This document shows positions 9,381-17,014 of a stretch of 64,000 bases of DNA, piece after piece (the stretch's first letter is position 1; each line of letters begins with the position of its first letter). The DNA is taken from NCBI GenBank assembly GCA_043805415.1, contig JAZDHZ010000033.1:89600-153599 (forward strand), in the 5' to 3' direction. This DNA is from Candidatus Omnitrophota bacterium. Its GTDB lineage: Bacteria; Omnitrophota; Gorgyraeia; B26-G9. The notes beneath the pieces were generated by a model. It was given only the letters and a program-made list of their open reading frames with translations. It was not told the DNA's origin and did not search any database. Position numbers and translations under genes: made by a program.

Positions 9381-10487
9381 ATGCGGATAATTGCGGTAGC
9401 TAATCAAAAAGGCGGTTGCGGTAAAACAACGACATCAATTAATTTATCTGCTTGTTTAGCCGCGCTTAAAAAAAATGTTTTGTTAATAGACTTAGATCCA
9501 CAGGGACACGCGAGTTTGGGGTTAAATATCCAGCCGCAGGATTTATCAAAAACCATATATAATGTATTGACCACAGATAGCGAAGCCAAATTCCGGCTTG
9601 ATGAAGTTATTATCCCTATATCTGAAAATCTTGATCTGGCTCCGGCAAATATTTTGTTATCCGCGATTGAGCAGGAACTGTCTGGAAAACCAGAAAGAGA
9701 AGCAAAATTATTTCAAGCAATATCTTTAATGGTAAGTAAAAAAACATATGATTATGTAATTATTGATTGCTCTCCAAGTTTGGGTCTTTTGACTTTTAAT
9801 GGATTGCGTGCTGCTACTGAACTGATTGCTCCGGTGGACACTGGATTTTTCTCTTTGCATGGCATAAGCCGTTTACTGGAAACTGTCAATCTTATTGATA
9901 AACGCTTGAATTGTCAGATAAAAGTAAAAGCATTGATCACAATGTTTGATTCCAGAACTAAATTTTCCCATGAAGTAAAAGACGAAATTTATAAATATTT
10001 TTCAGGCAATGTTTTTGAAACAGTAATTCATAATAATGTTAGAGTAAAAGAATCTTCAAGCTATGGGGTACCTGTCGCGGCTTATGATAAGCGCTGCCGA
10101 GGGGCACAAGATTACAGCGCATTAGCCAATGAAGTTGAATCTCCGATGAGCAAGGAAAAAGCTAAAGATAAAACCAGCAGCGCTTCTGAGAAAATAACAT
10201 CTTTTATTCAGGAAGTACAGCAGGTCAAAAAAGGCACAGTAGTTACTTTTAATTCTCTGGACGCGAAAAATGTTGAAATTGCCGGTGATTTTAATAACTG
10301 GGTTAGTTCGGTTGATACTAAACTTGAACGGATTGATAATGGTGTATGGGCTAAAGTGATTCATCTTAAACCCGGTGCTTATAAATATAAATTTGTTGTT
10401 GATGGACAATGGATAACTGATCCCAATAATCCTAAGCTGGAAATTGACGAAGTAGGTAATAAAAATTCGATTTTAGAAGTTAAATAA
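9381..10487 (+). CDS. Soj/ParA-family P-loop ATPase fused to a C-terminal CBM48 (AMPK beta glycogen-binding-domain-like) carbohydrate-binding module
   Basis: Deviant Walker A NQKGGCGKTTTSINLSACLA...LLIDLDPQGHAS is almost Soj-like. The C-terminal 90 aa (VVTFNSLDAKNVEIAGDFNNWVSS...YKYKFVVDGQWITDPNNPK...NSILEVK) closely parallel the AMPK beta GBD/CBM48 signature GSFNNW...YKFFVDGQW.HDP...NNIIQVK. Confidence 0.85.
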   Translation: MRIIAVANQKGGCGKTTTSINLSACLAALKKNVLLIDLDPQGHASLGLNIQPQDLSKTIYNVLTTDSEAKFRLDEVIIPISENLDLAPANILLSAIEQELSGKPEREAKLFQAISLMVSKKTYDYVIIDCSPSLGLLTFNGLRAATELIAPVDTGFFSLHGISRLLETVNLIDKRLNCQIKVKALITMFDSRTKFSHEVKDEIYKYFSGNVFETVIHNNVRVKESSSYGVPVAAYDKRCRGAQDYSALANEVESPMSKEKAKDKTSSASEKITSFIQEVQQVKKGTVVTFNSLDAKNVEIAGDFNNWVSSVDTKLERIDNGVWAKVIHLKPGAYKYKFVVDGQWITDPNNPKLEIDEVGNKNSILEVK

Positions 10488-10507
10488 AAAAACTAGGATT
10501 ATGGTTT

Positions 10508-11425
10508 ATGAATAAATTAAAGAAGTTGGGTAAGGGATTAGAAGACATTTCCTATTTGTTTCTTTCTCCGGAGCAAGAAGATACTATTCAAGAAGAGTCC
10601 ATGGCTGAAAAAAAGAAAATTTTAACTGAAACTATTGAGATTACGACAAAAAACATTTGTTTAATCGGCAATAGCCATGATTCGCGAGATGCTTTTTTAG
10701 TGATTAATTTATCATTAGCTTTGGCTAGACTGGGGATGCGTATCGCGGTAGTTGATATGGATGAGAAGCTTCCTTGTCTAAATTTTTTATTAGGAAAAAG
10801 CGCTAACAATGGATCGCAAAATAATGATCAGGAAATTGTTCGCCAAGGGCCTTTTGGCGTAAAGCTGGCAGGGCTAAATGAGTCTCTGCTTGAAAATATG
10901 TTGGTTGATTCTGTTGCTAGAAAAACAATTATGCTGGAACTGAAAAAAATGGAAGAAGAAGTTGATCTTGTGCTGATTAGTGTATCACAAGATAGCCTTT
11001 ATTATATGAATCCATTGCTTAGAAAATCAATAGAAGAATTTCTAGTTTTTGTTTCTCCGGATAAAAACTCAATGCTTAATTCTTATAAAGTTGTAAAAAC
11101 CATTTTTTCTAATAACCCGGTTGCTAAAATTGGTACGATTATAACTGATATTGAACACATGTATGAAATTGACGCGGTGTTTAATAAAATGTTTTCCGCG
11201 GTAAAGAAATTTCTGGTTAAAGAGCTGTATAAATATGGATTTCTTTTTAAACTAAAACAGGAAATTAATAACAACGCGAATATCGCTTCTTTTTATGACG
11301 CGGATTTGACGGCTTGCATCTCAAATATCGCGCAGATTATTATATTGCGCTTGAACCTTGCGGAAAATGTTAAATCAAGCGGGGAATTATTTAAAAATGT
11401 TTTTAATGAGTTTGGGATAAATTGA
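10508..11425 (+). CDS. ParA-fold protein with degenerate (inactive) Walker A and an N-terminal ParB-like LGKGLEDISYLFL peptide
   Basis: Residues about 50-100 (ICLIGNSHDSRDAFLVINLSLALARLGMRIAVVDMDEKLP) align to the ParA P-loop region, but KGGxGKT is replaced by GNSHDSRD. A Walker B-like VDLVLISVSQDS is retained. N-terminal KKLGKGLEDISYLFLS resembles the ParA-activating N-terminal peptide of ParB/Spo0J (GLGKG..AL). Confidence 0.55.
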   Translation: MNKLKKLGKGLEDISYLFLSPEQEDTIQEESMAEKKKILTETIEITTKNICLIGNSHDSRDAFLVINLSLALARLGMRIAVVDMDEKLPCLNFLLGKSANNGSQNNDQEIVRQGPFGVKLAGLNESLLENMLVDSVARKTIMLELKKMEEEVDLVLISVSQDSLYYMNPLLRKSIEEFLVFVSPDKNSMLNSYKVVKTIFSNNPVAKIGTIITDIEHMYEIDAVFNKMFSAVKKFLVKELYKYGFLFKLKQEINNNANIASFYDADLTACISNIAQIIILRLNLAENVKSSGELFKNVFNEFGIN

Positions 11426-11432
11426 GGCTGTT

Positions 11433-12128
11433 ATGACAACGATATTTCACAACGCGCAAATTAATAAAGAAAAACTCAGACAGATTATTTTAAAAAATCC
11501 GCAATCTCTGCTCGCGGGATTAAGTTTTATTGATTTAGAGATGGCTACGGATGAGTCTGGAGTCATTGATTTCTTAGGAGTGGATATAACTGGGCGCATG
11601 GTGGTTGTGAATTTTGATACCCAGGCTAATGACCAGATGCTCATAGAAATATTGTCTCAAATTCAATGGCTCAAAAAAAATGAAGGATTAATCAAAAGGT
11701 TATTTTTTAGTGAGAGCGTGGATTTTGAACAAGCGCCTCAAATGCTTTTGGTTTGTCCTGTTTTTTCCAATAAAATCCAATCAGCGGTAAAACAATTGAC
11801 GGATAAAGATATAAAACTTTTAAAATTTAAATATATTGTCTCAAACGCTGATGACGCGATAATCTTTGACGAGGTATTTTCCAGTATAAATTCAGCCTCC
11901 GCGCCAGCTTTAAAAACTCAACTATCAACTGACCGGGAAAGTATAATGGTTGATCGCGCTGCTTTAACCAAGCACGCGCCGCTAATTAAAAAGACGGTAT
12001 CAGAAATAAGTGAAGACGCGAAAAAAGAACAATCTCCCCTATATGATGTGATTACTCTTACGCCGGAAGAGATTACGGAATTCATGGATTTTAATATAGC
12101 CTTGGCACAGAGCCAAGCAGCTGATTAA
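11433..12128 (+). CDS. hypothetical protein (no recognisable domain); coding likely from position in the operon and start overlap context
   Basis: A 231-aa ORF that starts 8 nt after the upstream stop. No motif could be assigned by eye. Confidence 0.4.
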   Translation: MTTIFHNAQINKEKLRQIILKNPQSLLAGLSFIDLEMATDESGVIDFLGVDITGRMVVVNFDTQANDQMLIEILSQIQWLKKNEGLIKRLFFSESVDFEQAPQMLLVCPVFSNKIQSAVKQLTDKDIKLLKFKYIVSNADDAIIFDEVFSSINSASAPALKTQLSTDRESIMVDRAALTKHAPLIKKTVSEISEDAKKEQSPLYDVITLTPEEITEFMDFNIALAQSQAAD

Positions 12129-12231
12129 GAATAAAACTCTAACCGATTATATAGCTGATCAAATCCTAAATTAAAACCTGCCTGATAATGATTATTAAAT
12201 TTACTACGCAAGTTCTTAGAGGTGAGAAAAT

Positions 12232-12987
12232 ATGCAAGGTGTAAATAGATCATCATCGATCTATAAAATAAATAATTTACTTCCAAACAATATTATATCC
12301 GCTTTTTCCATAGGGAAATTAAATTATGATTATCGTGCTGGGAATGAAAGTGAAGTTCTAAAAAATAGAAAAGATTTTTTTTATCAAGCAGGACTTGCGC
12401 TTGATACTGCTGTTTTTCCCCAACAAGTTCATAAAGCAAACATTCTAAAGGTTGAGCAAAAAGACAAAGGACGTGGCGCGTTTTCTTTCGCGCAGGGCAT
12501 CCCCCAAACAGACGCGTTGATAACTAACGCGAAAGGGATCGCGCTCTGCCTGCTTAGCGCTGATTGTTTGCCGATTATTTTCTATGAAGCAAATGGCAGG
12601 GCAATTGGGATCGCGCATGCCGGATGGCGGGGAATACACGCGGGGATAATTGAAAAAACAATCTTGGCCATGGCCAATGAATTCGCGATTAATCGCGAAG
12701 ATATTAAAGCGTTTTTTGGCCCGGCGATAGGGAGCTGCTGCTATGAAGTTGGCCCTGAGTTTTTAGATATTTTTCCTGAGAATATTAGCGCGCGAAATAA
12801 TAAAACATACCTGGATATTAAAAGCTTAGCTCGGATAAAATGTCTTAGTTCTGGGATTTTTCAGGATTCAATAAATGACGTATCTATTTGTACCAAATGC
12901 AGTAATGACACATTTTTCTCTTATAGATCCGGAGATAATCTCAATCGCCTAATCAGTATTGTGGCTATTGGTGAGCAATGCGGATAG
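12232..12987 (+). CDS. pgeF: peptidoglycan editing factor PgeF / YfiH (DUF152, laccase-domain purine nucleoside phosphorylase family)
   Basis: Family-typical motifs CLLSADCLPIIFYE, IGIAHAGWRG, GPAIGSCCYEVG, and a C-terminal Cys cluster. Confidence 0.8.
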   Translation: MQGVNRSSSIYKINNLLPNNIISAFSIGKLNYDYRAGNESEVLKNRKDFFYQAGLALDTAVFPQQVHKANILKVEQKDKGRGAFSFAQGIPQTDALITNAKGIALCLLSADCLPIIFYEANGRAIGIAHAGWRGIHAGIIEKTILAMANEFAINREDIKAFFGPAIGSCCYEVGPEFLDIFPENISARNNKTYLDIKSLARIKCLSSGIFQDSINDVSICTKCSNDTFFSYRSGDNLNRLISIVAIGEQCG

Positions 12988-13046
12988 ATAGCAATTTCCG
13001 GCTTAGGGAGCTATTTTTTATTTTGACTAATTATCTGCTTGACATT

Positions 13047-13080
13047 TATATGTATCTGTAGTAATTTCTTTAAATAGATA
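13047..13080 (+). promoter_or_regulatory. Putative promoter (TTGACA ... extended -10 TGTAGTAAT) for the Lys-rich protein gene
   Basis: The hexamers sit about 16 nt apart in the AT-rich region upstream of 13105. Confidence 0.3.
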
Positions 13081-13104
13081 ATATCTTTTAAATTAACTAA
13101 AAAA

Positions 13105-14988
13105 TTGAAAAATATGACAAAAAAAATAAGTTTCAAAAAACAAGCAAAAGCTAAAAATACTGTTGCGAAGAAAATTAAAACAGTAGAAAAAAAAGCTTTA
13201 AAAATCAAGGTTGTGAAAACTGCGAAGCCTGCGCGCAAAAAATTAGGTAAGGGCTTGGAAGATATCTCAACCTTGTTTTTGTCTGATATTAAAAAAGACG
13301 CGGTAATTGCTAAGAAAAAAACAATAAAATCCGCGGCTAAAAAAAGTGTAATGCCAAAGGTTAAAAAAGTAAAAAGCGCAAGTGTTAAGACATTAGGCAT
13401 TGCTATAAAAAAATCTCCTAAAAAAATCATTGCAAAGGTTGCTAAAAAACCAGCGGCAGCAAAGGAAATCGTTGCTAAGACTATTGCAAAGGTTGAAACA
13501 AAACCAGCAGTATTAAAGGAAATCGTTGCGCATAAGACTATTGCAAAGGTTGAAACAAAACCAGTGGCAGCAAAGGAAATCGTTGCGCATAAGACCATTG
13601 CAAAGGTTGAAACAAAACCAGCAGTATTAAAGGAAATCGTTGCGAATAAAACTATTGCCAAGGTTGAAAAAAAGGCAACTGCAGTAAATGATAATGTTCC
13701 TAAAAAAACTGTTGCTAAACTTGCTAAAAAAATAGCTGTAGTAAAGGAAAGTATCCCGGAAAAAGTAATCGCGCGTGTTGATGCGAAATTAGACGCGGCA
13801 AAGGATAAAAATCCTGAGAAAACTATGGCTTTAACTGATAAAAAAACTGTAAAAGAGACAACAGGTAAAACACTTGAAAAAATTGCAGTAAAACAAGAAG
13901 AAGCAAAACAAGCAACTTCCAAACCAATTATGAAAATAACAGAGGTGGTAGGGATGGGAACGTTAAAAAAGTCTTCGAAAGCGGTTAAAAAACCAAAGCA
14001 GGATAAACCAGCAGAAAAAAAGAGTACTAAAACAAAAGAGAATAAAAAAACACAAACCTTAGGCCCAATCAGTGATCTGAAGACTTTGTTTAAGAAGAGA
14101 AAAACAGCCGGATTAACTGTTGAGCCGCAGAATATTCAAACAGAGCAAGTTATTGAGGATAGCAAATTTTTTGTTAGTAAGGAAACTGTAAGTCGGATCG
14201 CGGAAGATGAATTTTGTGATTTGCCTGAAGGCTACGGTGATAATAGAATTGTTATTCAGGTTAGGGATCCGTATTGGTTATTTGCTTATTGGGAAGTTTC
14301 TCAGAGAAAATTAAGTTCAGTTGTGGAGAAATATGGTAGTGCTATCCATAACGCAAAAAGAGTACTACGGGTTCATGATATTACATCGGTTGCATTCAAT
14401 GGAAAGAATTCAAACAGTTTTTTTGATATAGCGATTAATGATGTTGCCAAGAACTGGTATGTAAATGTCGGCAATCCTGGGAGAAGTTATTGTATTGATC
14501 TGGGGCTTGTCTTAGCTGATGGGCGTTTTGTCGTGTTTGCTCGTTCAAATTTTGTGACAACTCCGATTGATGGCCCAAGTCTAATAACTGATGAAGAGTG
14601 GATGATTGTTGAAGATGATTTTAACAAGCTTTATGGATTATCTGCTGGATTGGGGATTGGCCTGAGTTCCGGAGAGTTGAGAAGACAAATAAAAACAAAG
14701 ATGAAGAATTTATCATCAGGGATATTGAGTTCACCTGGGGTGACAACAGTGTCTCCGCGTCGTAATTTTTGGATGGTTGTCAATACTGAGCTAATAGTTT
14801 ATGGAGCAACTCAACCAGGTTCTGAACTTACAGTGCAGGGAAAACCGATTAAATTAAATGAAGATGGAACATTTAGTCTTCGTTTTGCCTTGCCTGATGG
14901 AGAGCAGGTCATTCCGGTTCGGGCGGTTTCTCCGGATAAGGTTGAAGAACGGGTAATTACTCCTGTGGTCAAAAAAAACACGGTGTAA
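13105..14988 (+). CDS. Lys/Ala-rich (histone H1-like) protein with a ParB-like LGKGLEDISTLFL peptide, four ~20-aa tandem repeats and a C-terminal DUF4912-like globular domain + beta-sandwich tail
   Basis: Residues 40-60 ARKKLGKGLEDISTLFLS match the motif of the 10508 protein. Repeats KEIVAHKTIAKVETKPAVL x4. C-terminal RIVIQVRDPYWLFAYWEVS...NWYVNVGNPGRSYCIDLG looks like the DUF4912 signature. The opposite-strand ORF 13011-13922 is a low-complexity artefact. Confidence 0.6.
   Translation: MKNMTKKISFKKQAKAKNTVAKKIKTVEKKALKIKVVKTAKPARKKLGKGLEDISTLFLSDIKKDAVIAKKKTIKSAAKKSVMPKVKKVKSASVKTLGIAIKKSPKKIIAKVAKKPAAAKEIVAKTIAKVETKPAVLKEIVAHKTIAKVETKPVAAKEIVAHKTIAKVETKPAVLKEIVANKTIAKVEKKATAVNDNVPKKTVAKLAKKIAVVKESIPEKVIARVDAKLDAAKDKNPEKTMALTDKKTVKETTGKTLEKIAVKQEEAKQATSKPIMKITEVVGMGTLKKSSKAVKKPKQDKPAEKKSTKTKENKKTQTLGPISDLKTLFKKRKTAGLTVEPQNIQTEQVIEDSKFFVSKETVSRIAEDEFCDLPEGYGDNRIVIQVRDPYWLFAYWEVSQRKLSSVVEKYGSAIHNAKRVLRVHDITSVAFNGKNSNSFFDIAINDVAKNWYVNVGNPGRSYCIDLGLVLADGRFVVFARSNFVTTPIDGPSLITDEEWMIVEDDFNKLYGLSAGLGIGLSSGELRRQIKTKMKNLSSGILSSPGVTTVSPRRNFWMVVNTELIVYGATQPGSELTVQGKPIKLNEDGTFSLRFALPDGEQVIPVRAVSPDKVEERVITPVVKKNTV
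13445..13685 (+). repeat. Four tandem copies of a 60-bp coding repeat inside the Lys-rich gene
   Basis: aaggaaatcgttgcgcataagactattgcaaaggttgaaacaaaaccagc... is repeated head-to-tail with a few substitutions. Confidence 0.85.
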
Positions 14989-15020
14989 GTGCTGGAATCC
15001 TTTAACATGCTTTTTAATCG

Positions 15021-15058
15021 CGCCGGAATGAGTATTAACATTCCGGCGTTTTATTTTT
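15021..15058 (+). terminator. Rho-independent terminator after the Lys-rich/DUF4912 gene
   Basis: cgccggaatg-agtattaa-cattccggcg followed by ttttattttt. Confidence 0.8.
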
Positions 15059-15185
15059 AGCAGTCAAAATCGCTTGAATTCTTCAGAGTACTATGCTAGT
15101 ATAAGAATGTTATTTTAAATTAATTATAAACCTTAAATCTTAAAGGTTTTCCGCAAAAAAGCCACTGGGTATTATAGGGGAAAAT

Positions 15186-16766
15186 ATGGAAAAAGGATAT
15201 CTTTGTATTGTTTTACATGGGCATTTACCTTTTGTTCGTCATCCTGAGCACGCGAATTTCTTAGAAGAAGAATGGCTTTACGAGGCTATAACTGAGACAT
15301 ATATTCCATTGCTTAGTATATTTGATAAGTTGATAGAAGACGGAGTTAATTTTCGGATTACCATGGGTGTATCTCCGCCATTAATATCAATGCTTCTTGA
15401 TCCTTTATTGCAGCATCGTTACATAATGCATATAGAGAAATTAATCGAATTGGCAAGTCGTGAGGTTGAAAGAACAAGATGGCAGCCGGAATTTAATAAG
15501 CTGGCTTTAATGTATCTAAGTAAATTTAATCTTGCCCGATATTATTTTGCCGAAAAACACCGGGGAAATCTTTTAGAGGCATTTAAAAGAATTCAGGATG
15601 CCGGAAGATTAGACATCATGACTTGCGGCGCTACGCATGGGTTTTTCCCATTGATGGATACATGTAGAGATTCAATTCGGGCACAGGTAAGAGCCGCGGT
15701 TGAGCAATATAAAAAAGTATTTCAGCGTCAACCAAAGGGCATTTGGCTGCCTGAGTGTGGATATCATCCTGGTGACGATGAAATCCTGCGGGAAAACGGA
15801 TTAAGATATTTCTTTAGTGATACCCATGGGGTACTTCATGGTACTCCGCGGCCCAAATATGGTGTTTTTGCTCCGGTTTTTTGTAAGTCCGGAGTTGCTT
15901 GCTTTGGACGGGATCTGGAGTCTTCAAAACAGGTTTGGAGCGCTAAGCAGGGATATCCTGGAGATTACAATTACCGGGAATTCTATCGGGATATTGGTTT
16001 TGATCTTGATTTTGATTATATAAAACCGTATATTCATCCAGATGGAATCAGAACAAATACAGGAATAAAATACTATCGGATTACCGGGGAAACCGATAAT
16101 AAACAGCCGTACAATCAAGATGTTGCTATGCAAACAGCGGCATCGCACGCGTCTAATTTTATGTTCAACCGGGAAAAACAGGCGGAGTATGTGAAGGACA
16201 TAATAAAAAGAAAACCGATTATTGTCGCTCCCTATGACGCGGAGTTATTTGGACACTGGTGGTATGAAGGCCCGGATTGGCTTAATTTTTTAATTAGAAA
16301 AATTGCTTTTGATCAAAAAAATATCAAACTTATTTCGCCATCGGATTACTTAGATGAATATCCGAAAAATCAAGTTATTACACCTTCACTTTCCAGTTGG
16401 GGATATAAAGGTTATGCCGAGTTTTGGCTGGAAGGTTCAAATGCCTGGGTTTACAGGCATTTACATAAAGCTTCTGAGCGGATGAGTGAATTAGTTAAGC
16501 TTTATCCCAATGCCGGCGGTTTGACGCTTAGGGCGCTGAACCAGGCTTTGCGTGAAGTATTACTTGCCCAAAGTTCTGACTGGGCTTTTATTATGAAAAC
16601 CGGGACACATGTTTCTTATGCTGTGGATAGAACCAAAAAACATGTGCTTAATTTTACAAAATTATACAATCAGATAAAGGCAGATAATATTAAAGAACAG
16701 TGGCTGAGTGAAATTGAGTCAAAAGATAATATATTTCCTGACATTGATTATCATTACCATTCTTAA
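15186..16766 (+). CDS. glycoside hydrolase family 57 protein, 1,4-alpha-glucan branching enzyme type (DUF1957-containing)
   Basis: N-terminal GH57 signature YLCIVLHGHLPFVRHPE and ...CGATHGFFPLM match Thermus/Thermococcus GH57 branching enzymes. Length about 525 aa. Confidence 0.88.
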   Translation: MEKGYLCIVLHGHLPFVRHPEHANFLEEEWLYEAITETYIPLLSIFDKLIEDGVNFRITMGVSPPLISMLLDPLLQHRYIMHIEKLIELASREVERTRWQPEFNKLALMYLSKFNLARYYFAEKHRGNLLEAFKRIQDAGRLDIMTCGATHGFFPLMDTCRDSIRAQVRAAVEQYKKVFQRQPKGIWLPECGYHPGDDEILRENGLRYFFSDTHGVLHGTPRPKYGVFAPVFCKSGVACFGRDLESSKQVWSAKQGYPGDYNYREFYRDIGFDLDFDYIKPYIHPDGIRTNTGIKYYRITGETDNKQPYNQDVAMQTAASHASNFMFNREKQAEYVKDIIKRKPIIVAPYDAELFGHWWYEGPDWLNFLIRKIAFDQKNIKLISPSDYLDEYPKNQVITPSLSSWGYKGYAEFWLEGSNAWVYRHLHKASERMSELVKLYPNAGGLTLRALNQALREVLLAQSSDWAFIMKTGTHVSYAVDRTKKHVLNFTKLYNQIKADNIKEQWLSEIESKDNIFPDIDYHYHS

Positions 16767-16772
16767 AAACAA

Positions 16773-16990
16773 AAGCAGTTATGAATTACTAGTTATGAGT
16801 TACGAGTGAAAAGCAAAGAGCTGAAACAGTTCGTAAAGGCCAAAGGTCAATATTCAATAGCTAATGGTCGATAGAAAAAAAAGAAAGAAAAAAGCATATT
16901 GAATTATTTATCATTTAGTGTTTTTTCGCGATACGCGATACGCGCGACGCAATACAGAAAACAGAAGACAAATGTTTTCTGTTTTCTTTA
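16773..16990 (+). repeat. Composite intergenic repeat element, copy C (AGCAGTTATGAATTACTAGTTATGAGTTACGAGTGAAAAGCAAAGAGCTGAAACAGTTCGTAAAG + CGCGATACGCGATACGCGCGACGCAATACAGAAAACAG hairpin module)
   Basis: Shares both modules with copies at 6543-6622 and 8131-8245. Ends in the inverted repeat cagaaaaca...tgttttctg. Confidence 0.7.
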
Positions 16991-17014
16991 GTTTTTTGAA
17001 AAGGCGGAGATAAA

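Noticed and set aside
9381-12128. Interpretation of the ParA gene as the ordinary chromosomal soj-spo0J pair
   Set aside because: Neither downstream protein has a ParB HTH or CTP-binding GERRxRA motif. Only the short N-terminal ParA-interaction-like peptide is present, and the ParA carries an extra CBM48 domain.
13011-13922. 303-aa ORF on the minus strand antisense to the Lys-rich gene
   Set aside because: It is the reverse complement of AAA/AAG-rich lysine codons, giving a Phe/Leu/Ala low-complexity string. The sense-strand gene has motifs, a promoter and a terminator.
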